From Heteronotia binoei (taxonomy: Eukaryota), in NCBI RefSeq assembly GCF_032191835.1, contig NC_083223.1:221154001-221218000 (forward strand): 64,000 nt of DNA, read 5' to 3'. Made by a program: the position numbers and the translations under genes. The notes beneath the pieces are model-generated. The model worked only from the letters and a program-made list of their open reading frames with translations, was not told the DNA's origin and ran no database searches. Position 1 is the first letter of the stretch. Each line of letters opens with the position of its first letter. Positions 26,705 to 39,124 of this stretch are shown in pieces.

Positions 26705-26924
26705 TTTGCTGATGCTGATCCTGAGTTTGTTGCGGTTCACATCTGTCTCTTCCCAAACCTCTCCTTCATTGAAGGCAATGTTTGGTGCTTGGCCCAAGGT
26801 CTCTGCTGGCCTGCCAGACAAGATTGGGGGAGCATTCTCCTGGTCACTCAAGTGCTCTCCTTGCAAGACATCCTCTGTGTTCTCACGAAGCATATCTCCA
26901 GGAACTGGAGTGACGTTAACAACA
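26705..26924 (-). CDS. TTBK1: TTBK1 exon ([33 protein letters not shown]...[11 protein letters not shown]), 220 nt, phase 2/0
   Basis: Acceptor ccccttcag|T completes the Gly codon; donor AAA|gtaaat. Confidence 0.95.
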
Positions 26925-27327
26925 CTGAAGGGGAGACAATACAAAAACCATGAAACAAAACAGCCTGCACTGTGCAGTAAGGGTTGGGCTCACCACCATA
27001 GTAGTGCCAAAAAGATCACACCAAAGAGCAGCCAATATTATGGAAAATGTATTAGCACACAGAACACTTCACAGCAGAGCAGCTGTTTTGGACCTTGATA
27101 GGATAAGGAATCCATCAAAAGAACTCTGTCCTGAGAACCCACTTGACCCAAGTGGTAAACTTCCTTGCAATTCATGTTTAACAAAGTTCAAAATATATCT
27201 TAAACATTTTATTTCACCCATAAATAGGTCATAACTTGAGAATTGCCATACTGAAGAGATTCTGCTCATTCAGTCAAGAAAGGATTTTAATTTATTGCAG
27301 TAATAGACCTAATCAGTGTGCTCACTG

Positions 27328-27603
27328 ATGAAGAAGAAGATATTGGATTTATATATCCCGCCCTCCACTCCGAAGAGTCTCAGAGCGGCTCACAATCTCC
27401 TTTACCTTCCTCCCCCACAACAGACACCCTGTGAGGTGGGTGGGGCTGGAGAGGGCTCTCACAGCAGCTGCCCTTTCAAGGACAACCTCTGCCAGAGCTA
27501 TGGCTGACCCAAAGCCATGCTAGCAGGTGCAAGTGGAGGAGTGGGGAATCAAACCCGGTTCTCCCAGATAAGAGTCCACTCACTTAACCACTACACCAAA
27601 CTG
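27328..27603 (-). mobile_element. tRNA-derived SINE (same family)
   Basis: Aligns end to end; GAAGAAGAAG tail. Confidence 0.88.
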
Positions 27604-28800
27604 ATGACACATAATGCAGAAATTCAGAAACTGGAAACCTAGTATCCTCACAGCACAACCCTGAGGGCTGCCTCCATCCCAGCAGCTGGCTGCTCGCACA
27701 CTTGAAGTGCTGCCAATGTACTCCCTAAAGGGTTCTGGCAGAGGCCAGGAAGTAGGCAGAAGACTCTGGAGTGGGGCCATATGGAAAGGGTCTCAATGGA
27801 AAGGGTGGAAAGAACAAATCATGTGGTGACACCAACAAAGACCTGGCTCTATGCATATCACAGCTGAGGAATGAGAAGGGGTGGGGCTATGGCCCAGAGG
27901 ACCATGCCTATGGCACACATCCCGCCCCCTTACAAGCACAGGGCTCTATGACACAGGATTAGAGCAGAGGACAAACTGAACAGTTGGGAAGGGGTCACAG
28001 CAATGTGTCACTGGCAGTGACCCCAAACAGATCCATGATCCACAAGGTCCAAAGGGCCCAGCTCCCAAGAAAGAGGCACAGTAGAGGACAAGGAAAGCAT
28101 GCCCAGCCAGGGGTGCCTGCTGCTACTGGATGCCTCCCAGAGGCCTGGCCATACTGCCAGGGTGGCAGGGTGGAGCAGAAAGAGGACCATGAAGGTGGAA
28201 GACTAGGTTGGGGCCTGCAGCAGTATTTACAGATCCCCAAGAGCCTCTTGATGCATGCATGCCCATCCTTGATGTCCCTAGTGACAACCAGCAGCCTTCC
28301 TAGGTGCCCAGGAGCTGCCACTACAGACACTTCCAGCCTCTCCATGCATTGATGACCTTGGGAGACAGCATTCTTCCACTTGCAGCAGGCCTTCAACAGA
28401 AGTTTTTATTAAATTTTAATTTTTCCTCTGCCATCACTTGAAGTGACAATGTAGAACAGGAACTTGGTGTGGGACTGGGTGTTTGGGTGTTTGGCAACCC
28501 TAAGATGGGAGAGATGAGCTGTGCTAACTGCAGGTCCCATACTCAGGTCCCAGCAAGGTTTCCAAGTCCCTCATGCTCCCAGGGACCACAGTTTACCACA
28601 GCTGGCATTGCTTCCACAGCCTGAATGTCCAGGCCACCCGTGATCACAAGGACACCTTCACAGACCTTGTGGACAAGTTCCTGGGCAGTTTGTATGATGC
28701 TCCAAACTTTGCAGCATTTGTCCTCAACTGCCTGTTGGTTGCCCAGCCAAAGGACAAAAGGTAGCTGCTGGGTCACTTGCCCAGGGAGTGGGGGGGGGGG

Positions 28801-29082
28801 ACAGTTTGGTGTTGTGGTTACGTGTGTGGACTCTTATCTAGGAGAACAGGGTTTGAGTCCCCATTCCTCCACATGCACCTGCTGATGTGACCTTGAGTCA
28901 GCCACAAGTTCTTGCAGAGCTGTTCCTCTCAAAAGCAGTTCTTGGGAGAGTTCTCACAGCTCCACCTACTTCACAGGGTGTCTGTTGTGGGGCAGGGAAG
29001 TGAAAGGAGATTGTAAGCCACTCTGAGACTCCTTCAGGTAGTGAAGGGAAGGGTATAAATCCAATCTCTTCTTCTCTTCTTC
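28801..29082 (+). mobile_element. tRNA-derived SINE (same family)
   Basis: ACAGTTTGGTGTTGTGGTTA head, CTCTT tail. Confidence 0.85.
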
Positions 29083-29512
29083 TCAGATGGGCCAACCAGG
29101 CAGGGGGGCCTCTGACTGTTGTGCTTCCTCCTAGATGATTGGATTCAGCTGTAGTTGGCATCATATGCTCTGCCAGGGCCGGGCCAGGCCAGTGGGGGGG
29201 GGTGCATGGATGCCTTTGGGCTGTGCTGTGTTTTTTTCAAGACACAACTTTCTGCCACTGATAGAAAGTACTCCTGGGCTGCAGCAGCTTAGAGAACTAA
29301 CTCCTACCACACACCCCAGCCTGACTACTTCTACACTGGCACAGGACCTATGCTACCACTTTACTGATGGGAAGCTGTAGCAGGGCTGCACTGGTGGCTA
29401 GGACTGGCATGGCAATGCTGGGGTACTGCCAAAGCACAGCTCCTGCTTCTGATGGCATATCTCCAGGATATGCCAGCAGCACACCTACTAGTTGGCTTCC
29501 TGAATACTGCCC

Positions 29513-29676
29513 NNNNNNNNNNNNNNNNNNNNNNNNNNNNNNNNNNNNNNNNNNNNNNNNNNNNNNNNNNNNNNNNNNNNNNNNNNNNNNNNNNNNNNNN
29601 NNNNNNNNNNNNNNNNNNNNNNNNNNNNNNNNNNNNNNNNNNNNNNNNNNNNNNNNNNNNNNNNNNNNNNNNNNNN
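29513..29676. other. Assembly gap (164 N)
   Basis: Run of N. Confidence 1.
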
Positions 29677-29961
29677 TGCTGCTGATTGCTGAGGAGGGCC
29701 TCTGCTCCACCCTCTTTGCATTTTAAGCTGCGCCTTGCCAAAGGCGCGAGCCTTTGGCATGAGCTGAAGGGCGAGAGCTAAAGGGCTCTTGACCTGTGGC
29801 TCTTCGCCTAGGGGCTCTCTAAGGACCAGGAACCCAGATCCCTGATTTCCTTATTCTCCCAATAAGGTAAGTTCCCAATAAGGTAAGTTAAGGTAAGGTA
29901 AGTTGACCCTCCAGAAGGGGAGCTACTTAAACAAACAGCATTTAAAGAGGACTGTATATTT

Positions 29962-29964
<3 letters not shown>

Positions 29965-30007
<43 letters not shown>
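29965..30007. repeat. (TA)n microsatellite directly before the CR1 ORF1 ATG
   Basis: About 21 TA dinucleotides. Confidence 0.95.
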
Positions 30008-30009
<2 letters not shown>

Positions 30010-30913
30010 GAAGATAGAATGCCAGCAGGGGGTTGGGGGCTTTCCAGTGTTTTGCACTGAGTGTCACATGTATGACTATCTGCCCAAAGGACAGAAGTCT
30101 TGGGTGTGTGCTCGATGCAAGGAGCTCCTGGTCCTCAGGGAACGAGTTCGTACCCTTGAGGCCGAGGTGACTGCCCTGGAGAAGCAGAGACGGTCAGTTA
30201 GGCACTTGGGGAAGACTCTTGGGGGTGTATTAGATGAGCCCCGCTCTGAACGTAGCAGCCCCTTTGCTGCCAGAGAGTGTGAGGGTCGATAGGGAACAGG
30301 GCACCGTGCTGAGGATAAGGGGAATGCGCCCTCAGAAGGGACCTCTTCTTTGGTTGGTGACTGGAAATCCTTTTGCGCCAAGAAACCATCCCTGAGCAGG
30401 GGGAGGGGGGGGGTTGGTAGTTGGTGATTCGATCCTTAGGCAAGTAGACAGCTGGGTGGCGAAACCGCGTACTGACCGTATGGTGACTTGCCTGCCTGGT
30501 GCGAAGGTAGCGGACATTACGCGTGTAGTAGATAGGCTAATAGACAGTGCTGGGGAGGAGCCTGTGGTCGTGGTGCGTGTTGGCACCAACGATGTGGGGA
30601 AATGCAGTCGTGAGGTCCTGGAGGAAAAATTTAGGCTGCTAGGCAGGAGACTTAAGGCCAGGACCTCCAAGGTAGCCTTCTCAGAAGTGCTACCTGTTCC
30701 ACGTGCAGGGCAGGAGAGACAGGCACAAATTAGAAGTCTCAATGTGTGGATGAGACGATGGTGTAAGGAGGAAGGGTTTAAGTTTGTTAGGCACTGGGAT
30801 GCTTTCTGAAACAAGTGGGAGCTGTACAAAAGAGACGGTCTCCACTTGTCCCCGGATGGAACCAGGCTGCTGGCGCTTAAAATTAAAAAGATGGCAGAGC
30901 AGTTTTTAAACTA
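30008..30913 (+). pseudogene. CR1 ORF1 (zinc finger/leucine zipper + SGNH/GDSL esterase), disrupted
   Basis: CTEC...CARC, VVGDSIL, VGTNDV, DGLHL motifs; stops at about 30290 and 30807 plus a frameshift. Confidence 0.92.
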
Positions 30914-30943
30914 AATCTTGGGGGAAAGCCGACAGGAGATGAA

Positions 30944-33860
30944 ATGTCTCTGGTTTGGGAGGACTCGTCTCAAAGAGATGAAGGGTTGGCTGCTATTTTT
31001 CTACCGGGTAACGGACCAGAGTTGTCCACTGTGAAGGTGACAAACAGTATGGACTGTCTGCCAGAGTCTCGAGGCGGCAGGAGGAAGGTGGCGGGCCTAG
31101 CTTGCCTGCGAAATTATAGATGTTTGTATGCAAATGCTAGAAGTGTTCGAAGTAAAATTGGTGAATTGGAATGTTTAGTGTTGGGAGAAAACATAGACAT
31201 TGTGGGAATTTCAGAAACTTGGTGGAATGGGACACGGTGATTCCTGGATATAAGCTATATCGGAAGGATAGGGAGGGAAGGGTTGGAGGTGGGGTGGCTC
31301 TGTATGTCAGAGAGGATATACGGTCCAGTAAGACTGAGGTCAAAGAATTAGATTCACTTTTAGAAATGCTTTGGGTTGAAATAGAGGGCCCAAAAGGAAA
31401 TTTAACTACGGGAGTTTGTTATCGCCCACCAAATCAAAAGAGAGAGGACGATTATAATATAATAGCTTAAAGATAGCGGCTAAACATAAAAACTGTGTCG
31501 TAATAGGTGATTTTAACTACCCGCAGATTGATTGGGTCAATATGTTTTCTGGTCGAGAGAAAGAGATTGAGTTTCTTGATGCTCTCAATGACTGTGCTAT
31601 GGAGCAGATGGTCTCAGAACCTACCAGGGGTGGGGCGATCCTGGATTTGGTCCTAAGTAATGCCCAAGACTTGATGAGAGATGTAAAAGTGATTGCGCCA
31701 CTTGGGAGCAGTGACCATAATGTTATTGATTTCACCGTTTGTATAAATAGGGAGTTATTCAAAAAGACCGCCACAACCATGTTTAACTTTAAAAGGGGTA
31801 AATACACTGAGATGAGGAGGCATGTGAGGAGGAAACTGAAAGGAAAGGTACATACGGTCAAAACCCTTGGGGAAGCTTGGACACTATTTAAAACTATAAT
31901 CCTAGAAGCTCAGATAAAATACATACCACAAGTTAGGAACGGCACAAACTGGCATAAGAAAAGGCCTGCATGGTTAACAAACAAAGTGATGGAAGCTGTA
32001 AAAGGTAAGAAGGACTCCTTTAAGCGGTGGAAAACCAGTCCAAGTGAGATTAGTAAAAGGGAACACAGGCTGTGGCAAATCAAATGCAAGACTGTGATCA
32101 GGCAGGCAAAAAGGGACTATGAGGAGCATATTGCAAAAAACATAAAGACCAACAATAAAAATTTCTTCAAATATATTAGAAGTAGGAAACCAGCCAGGGA
32201 GGCAGTGGGGCCCTTGGATGACCTTGGGGTAAAAGGATTACTGAAGGAGGATAGGGAAATGGCTGAGAAGCTAAATGAATTTTTTGCCTCCGTCTTCACT
32301 GTGGAAGACAAGAACTTTTTGCCCGCCCCAGAACCACTAATTTTGGAAGGGGTGTTGAAAGACCTGAGTCAGATTGAGGTGACAAAAGAGGAGGTCCTAC
32401 AACTGATAGACAAATTAAAAACTAATAAGTCACCGGGTCCGGATGGCATACATCCGAGAGTTCTGAAAGAACTCAAAGTTGAACTTGTGGATCTTCTAAC
32501 AAAAATCTGTAATCTTTCATTGAAATCTGCCTCCGTTCCTGAGGACTGGAAGGTAGCAAATGTCACCCCCATCTTTAAAAAGGGTTCCAGAGGAGATCCG
32601 GGAAATTACAGGCCAGTCAGTCTGACTTCAATACCGGGAAAGTTGGTAGAAACCATTATCAAGGACAGAATGAGTAGGCACACTGATGAACACGGGTTAT
32701 TGAGGAAGACCCAGCATGGGTTCTGCAAGGGAAGATCTTGCCTCACTAACCTGCTACATTTCTTTGAGGGGGTGAGCAAACATGTGGACAAAGGAGACCC
32801 GATAGATGTTGTTTACCTTGACTTCCAGAAAGCTTTTGATAAAGTTCCTCATCAAAGGCTCCTTAGAAAGCTTGAGAGTCATGGAGTAAAAGGACAGGTC
32901 CTCTTGTGGATCAAAAACTGGCTGAGTAATAGGAAGCAGAGAGTGAGTATAAATGGGCAGTCTTCGCAGTGGAGGACGGTAAGCAGTGGGATGCCGCAGG
33001 GCTCGGTACTGGGTCCCATGCTCTTTAACTTGTTCATAAATGATTTAGAGTTGGGAGTGAGCAGTGAAGTGGCCAAGTTGGCCAAGATGACACTAAATAG
33101 TTCAGGGTGGTGAGAACCAGAGAGGATTGTGAGGAACTCCAAAGGGATCTGTTGAGGCTGGGTGAGTGGGCGTCAACGTGGCAGATGCGGTTCAATGTGG
33201 CCAAGTGCAAAGTAATGCACATTGGGGCCAAGAATCCCAGCTACAAATACAAGTTGATGGGGTGTGAACTGGCAGAGACTGACCAAGAGAGAGATCTTGG
33301 GGTCGTGGTAGATAACTCACTGAAAATGTCAAGACAGTGTGCGTCTGCAATAAAAAAGGCCAACGCCATGCTGGGAATTATCAGGAAGGGAATTGAAAAC
33401 AAATCAGCCAGTATCATAATGCCCCTGTATAAATCGATGGTGCGGTCTCATTTGGAGTACTGTGTGCAGTTCTGGTCGCCGCACCTCAAAAAGGATATTA
33501 TAGCATTGGAGAAAGTCCAGAGAAGGGCAACTAGAATGATTAAAGGGCTGGAGCACTTTCCCTATGAAGAAAGGTTGAAATGCTTGGGACTCTTTAGCTT
33601 GGAGAAACGTCGACTGCGGGGTGACATGATAGAGGTTTACAAGATAATGCATGGGATGGAGAAAGTAGAGAACTCGTGGGCATTCGATGAAATTGCTGAG
33701 CAGACAGGTTAAAACGGATAAAAGGAAGTACTTCTTCACCCAAAGGGTGATTAACATGTGGAATTCACTGCCACAGGAGGTGGTGGCGGCCACAAGTATA
33801 GCCACCTTCAAGAGGGGTTTAGATAAAAATATGGAGCACAGGTCCATCAGTGGCTATTAG
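30944..33860 (+). pseudogene. CR1 ORF2 (endonuclease + reverse transcriptase), frameshifted
   Basis: YANARS, ISETWW, GDFNYP, SPGPDG, YRPVSLTS, QGSVLGP motifs; frameshifts near 31235, 31465, 33085 and a deletion near 33670 relative to the 62.5-kb copy. Confidence 0.95.
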
Positions 33861-33967
33861 CCACAGTGTGTGTGTATATATAAAAATTTTTGCCACTGTG
33901 TGACACAGAATGTTGGACTGGATGGGCCGTTGGCCTGATCCAACATGGCTTCTCTTATGTTCTTATG

Positions 33968-34247
33968 AAAGGTCCCCTGTGCAAGCACCAGTCATTTCCA
34001 ACTCTGGGCTGACGTTGCTTTCACAATGTTTTCACAGCAAACTTTTTATGGGATGGTTTCCCAGTCATCTACACTTTCCCCCCAGCAAGCTGGGTCCTCA
34101 TTTTACTGACCTCAGAAGGATGGAAGGCTGAGTCAACCTTGAGCCGGCTACCTGAAAACCCAGCTTCCACTGGGAATCGAACTCAGGTCGTGAGCAGAGC
34201 TTAGGACTGCAGTACTGCAGCTTTAACACCCTGCGCCACGGGGCTCT
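33968..34247 (-). mobile_element. Sauria-type SINE (BovB-related tail) directly following the CR1 3' end
   Basis: AAAGGTCCCCTGTGCAAGCACCAGTC... GGATGGAAGGCTGAGTCAACCTTGAG... tRNA-like head at the right end. Confidence 0.82.
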
Positions 34248-35017
34248 TAAAAGACACAGACGGGACAGCATACTGGACTAAGAGCTGGATTTGGACCAGG
34301 AGTATCTGGATTCAGATTCCTGTTCAATCCTGAAGTTCACCAGTAACCCTGAGCAGCAGGAAGGGCACGATATACATATAACAAATTGTATTATGAGTTC
34401 ATCATTTCTAGAAGTATATGGACTTGAGGTATCTGTTGCTGCCTTTCATTCCCATATTAGTTATGAGACATCTATTGCCCAATATAACTTACCACTGAGA
34501 GCATGATCCTTGGGGAAAGGGCATTTCTCTTTGCAAGACAAATAGCAACATGCCCAGAACAAGACATCACCCAGTTCCACTGAGGCAGATATTCTTGTGA
34601 ACCTGTCTATCTGCTGGCCAAGTGCCTGTGAGTGCCTCAGTATCTCCATTGGCCCTGCAGGTCCAAAGTTGCACAAAGGCACTTAAACATTTAAATAATA
34701 AATAATCACAGAGGAACTGTGATGACATTTCTCCAAAATGATCTGAGGCAGCATTCAGAAGATTTGCTCTTAGAGACATCCATGGATTCAAACAGAAGTC
34801 ACATATTTCAATTTTACATGTAACATTTACAGGTATGAATTCTTAGTATGGCAAATCTAAACTATATTATCATATTTTTTGAACTTGGAAAGGATCTAAT
34901 AGATCTGGATGTGCTGTATAAATAAAAATTGTTCTTGAGGAATAACTAATCCCTCTAGGGAGATTCTTTAAATTCCACAGCCTGTTAACTGTGTTATGGG
35001 TTCAGATCTGTCACTCA

Positions 35018-35173
<156 letters not shown>

Positions 35174-35689
35174 CTAGAAGGCAGGGGGGAAATTAAGTAA
35201 TAAACTTGAAGGACCTCTATGCATTTTGGGCTTTCATGCATTATAGGACAGCAGATAGTTAGGGTCAAAACTAGTAGTCTTATGCAACTGTCACTGAATA
35301 CTGCCAGTCCTGGAGGCAATCTTTATCTCTGGGTGCACCAGAGAGAGAACAGCTTCTGTCCAAGGTTCTGCATTTGTGCACTCTGGGTCATTTAGATAAC
35401 ACTGCTGCTTGTTTCCATTTGATGGACAAATAAGATGGAAACAAGCAAGGCTCAGGCTTACACTAAGTGCAGTTTACAAGAGTAAGATGTCCTGAATGAC
35501 AAGTGATTTTTTTTTAACAGCAAAAGAACATTTTGGCCTGCACAATTAAAATCTACCCCAAAGAACAAACACAGCTGGAATCAATAGCATGCCTCCAAAC
35601 CGGGATGGAGTAAAATATGTTGCTTTCATTCTGATCAAATTTTGACAAGTTGGCATAAACATAGCACTAAACCAACAAAATATCGCGAC

Positions 35690-36610
35690 TCCATGGCCCC
35701 AGCCTGACGGAACTTGCTCTCACCTGAGACCAGAGCCCTGTGGGACCTATTACAGTTCTGCAGGGCCTGTAAAACAGAGCAGTTCTGCCAGGTCTTTGGG
35801 AGGCAGTGGGTGTTAAACCAGGTCTTTGGGTGAGGCAGTGGGTGTTAAATCCGCCTTTTTCCATCTTAGGTGGGTAAGGCAGTTGGTCCCATTCCTTGAG
35901 TGTGGCGACCTGGATCCATGCTACGGTCACTTTGAGATTGGACTACTGTAATGCCCTCTACATGGGGCTGCCCTTGTCTCAAATCCGCAGACTACAATTG
36001 GTGCAGAATGCAGCAGCCAGGCTGTTACTGGGGCTTTCCATGCGGGAGCACATACAGCTGGGGCTGCGGGAGCTGCACTGGCTGCCAATAGCGTACCGGA
36101 TTCGCTACAAGGTTCTGGTTATTACCTTTAAAGCTCTATATGGGTGAGGACCTATATACCTTAGGGACCGTCTCTCTCCACATGTTCCCCAGAGGGTACT
36201 TAGATCTGGGACACAGACTTTATTATCGATCCCTGGGCCGAGGGAGGCAAGATTGAAAACCACCAGAAAGAGAGCCTTCTCAATCATGGCCCCCTACTGG
36301 TGGAACCAACTTCCGGAAAAAGTAAGAGCCTTGTGGGACCTCATCCAGTTCTGCAAGGCCTGCAAGACATTATTTCAGCTCACCTTCAACTGAATTTATA
36401 GTAGTATAAGAGGATACCCAAGAGGGCTGAATGACACCAGAATTAATGACACTAGCACCAACATTGCTTTAAATTGTTAATTGTTTAATCTGTTTTAACT
36501 GTCAAATTCCAGAACTGATAAATTGTCTAAATGTTTTATTGCTGTGAGCCGCCCTGAGCCTGCTTCGACAGGGAGGGCGGGATATAAATCCAATAAATTA
36601 ATAAATAAAT
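35690..36610 (+). mobile_element. L2 LINE 3' fragments in tandem
   Basis: RLDYCNALY, LQLVQNAAARL, LHWLP motifs (35848 onward); 35693-35775 is homologous to 36286-36370; AATAAAT tail. Confidence 0.88.
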
Positions 36611-37340
36611 CTTGGCCTCCCTTTCCTTTGGTACCTGCTCAGTGTCTTCCAGATACTGTTTATTACCTATAGGGCACTGTTGCATATCAGAGTACCTACT
36701 ACTATCTGCTTAAAAACTGTCATTAATCAGGCTATTACCATCAGTTTAAAATGCTACAGGAGACGTTGGGCTGTTAGTGTTTTTAGTGTCATCTTGTTCT
36801 GATTGTTTAAATTGTTTAATTGTATTTCTATTATCACTTTTTTCATTATTTTATATGTTGTGAGCCGGCTTGAGCCCACTCGGATGGTAGGGTGGGGTAT
36901 AAGTTTAATTAATAAATAATAGATAGGTCAATAAACTCAGAGATCTCCTAACCAGCAGGGAAGCTGGTCCCTCATATACCAAGTTTGAATGGTTTCTTGT
37001 GAGAGACTAAAATAATGGAATTCTTTTTTAGTTGTCCCTCAAGATCTAACTGAATGTTCCATGAAGTTACATGTTTCCTTTAATCAATAATTTTGTTTTT
37101 ATACTACATAGCTGCTGGGGTTGCAATCTGAAACAAAAAAGTCAGTATATGGAGAGCCTGTCTTCCCTCCTCACTGCTTTTTGGCTACAAATTGCTACTT
37201 CAGCTACTGTAAAGAGTAGAAACAAAAGATATCCATTAGAGGATAATGCTACTACTGGTAAGGTTCTATCTTCAGGTATTCTTCTTTTCTGGTGTTCTAG
37301 TGTATTCACCCGGATGCTGCCCAAATGACATGTTAAACTA

Positions 37341-37487
<147 letters not shown>

Positions 37488-37580
37488 CTAGGAAAAAAGA
37501 TGCTTGAATCAAGTATCACGCAGCACTAAACATAATAGACAACTAAAAGCAGTAAGGGAATTAGAAATGAGCAATTGTTA

Positions 37581-37775
<195 letters not shown>

Positions 37776-39124
37776 TTATGAAAAAAATCTTTATTGTCGA
37801 TTGGCCTTATCTTTATAGCTTTGCTCCATGAACCAGCAACTACTAGTTAGAAAGACAATTCTACATTCACTGTAGACTAGGCATCCATCCAAGCTTCAAT
37901 TCTCAAACTATGGTTTTCAAGCATCCTCGTCTCAGGGAACCCCTGCTCATCAGTCATGGAATTTCTTCATGCAGTAGACATCATGAACATTCCCTACTCT
38001 TGCCATCTAGAGTACTGCCTAGGCCTGAGTATATACCCAGAACATGCCCAAACTCTATGGCTTCACTTTGTAAGGAAAGATTGCTGATGGTGGACAAGCT
38101 GTCCAGAATAGGGCAACTAGCTGGCCTTCCTTTTAGAGGCTACTGAAGCTTTGTTTGTGTGCATTATGTGGACCATACTTATTCATGTAAGCATTTCTCA
38201 TAACTGGTATCACATTAACATACAATTACTACATGTGTCATGCTTAGTGATAGAATCAATTCAGCAGGCCACACAGCGACCCAAAAGGACCATTGCAAAA
38301 GGCAGAGTTGCTTTTCTGCTAACAGCTAATTTTCCTGTGTCTTCTGAACCCCAGAGAACCCTACCAATTATGTCAAACTTGCTGTATTTCATATTTGTAA
38401 TCAATATGGTGAAATCATATAAATTATATCTACATGTCATGTCTTTTAAAGATGCTTGTTCCCCACTCTTGATCTTCCCAATAAACCTTAAAGGAAACAC
38501 AAGATTTAAACAGCAATCACTGTTCTACAGAGAACCCTGAACTGGTATTTGTTAAGTGCCGGCAAGTTGCTTCCACCACTGGCAACCCTACGAGTTAATG
38601 ACCTTCAAATTGTTCCAACATTAATAGTCTTGCTCAGGTCTTGCAAACTGAGGACCACAATTTCCTTTATTGAGTCAATCCATCTCTTTTTGGGTCTTCC
38701 TTTTCTCTTGCTACCTTCTACTTTTCCTAGCACTATTTTCTTTTCTAGGACTCTTATCTTCTCATAATGGAACTAAGGTATGATAGCCTCAATTTGAACA
38801 TTTTTGCTTCTAGGGAAAGTTCAGATCCACAATACCTGGAAAACTCACCACCAACACCACATCTCACAGGAATCAGTATTCTTCCTGTCACCTTTCTTCA
38901 CTGTCCAACTTCCATACCCATACATAATAATGAGTAATACAGTATGAATTGTCTTGATCTTAGTTGCCAGTGATACATCCTTACACTTATAGCCCAGGAT
39001 CCACCATAGACCCCCACAAAAATATATGTACAGAGAAACGTGTTGTGTGTGTGTGTGTTTCTGGGCACTCCTGCTTTAAACTACTGAGGCTGTTACTCCT
39101 TTGGAGAAGGAAGGATAACTCAGC

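Larger units (their letters stand above)
29677..33967 (+). mobile_element. Near full-length CR1 LINE (5'UTR, ORF1, ORF2, 3' tail), inactivated; 5' end runs into gap
   Basis: ORF1 with Cys-rich finger, coiled coil and SGNH esterase; ORF2 with APE endonuclease and RT; 3' terminus GGCTTCTCTTATGTTCTTATG. Confidence 0.97.

Noticed and set aside
29348-29760. ORFs spanning the first gap (likewise 46756-47053)
   Set aside because: Open only because of N runs.
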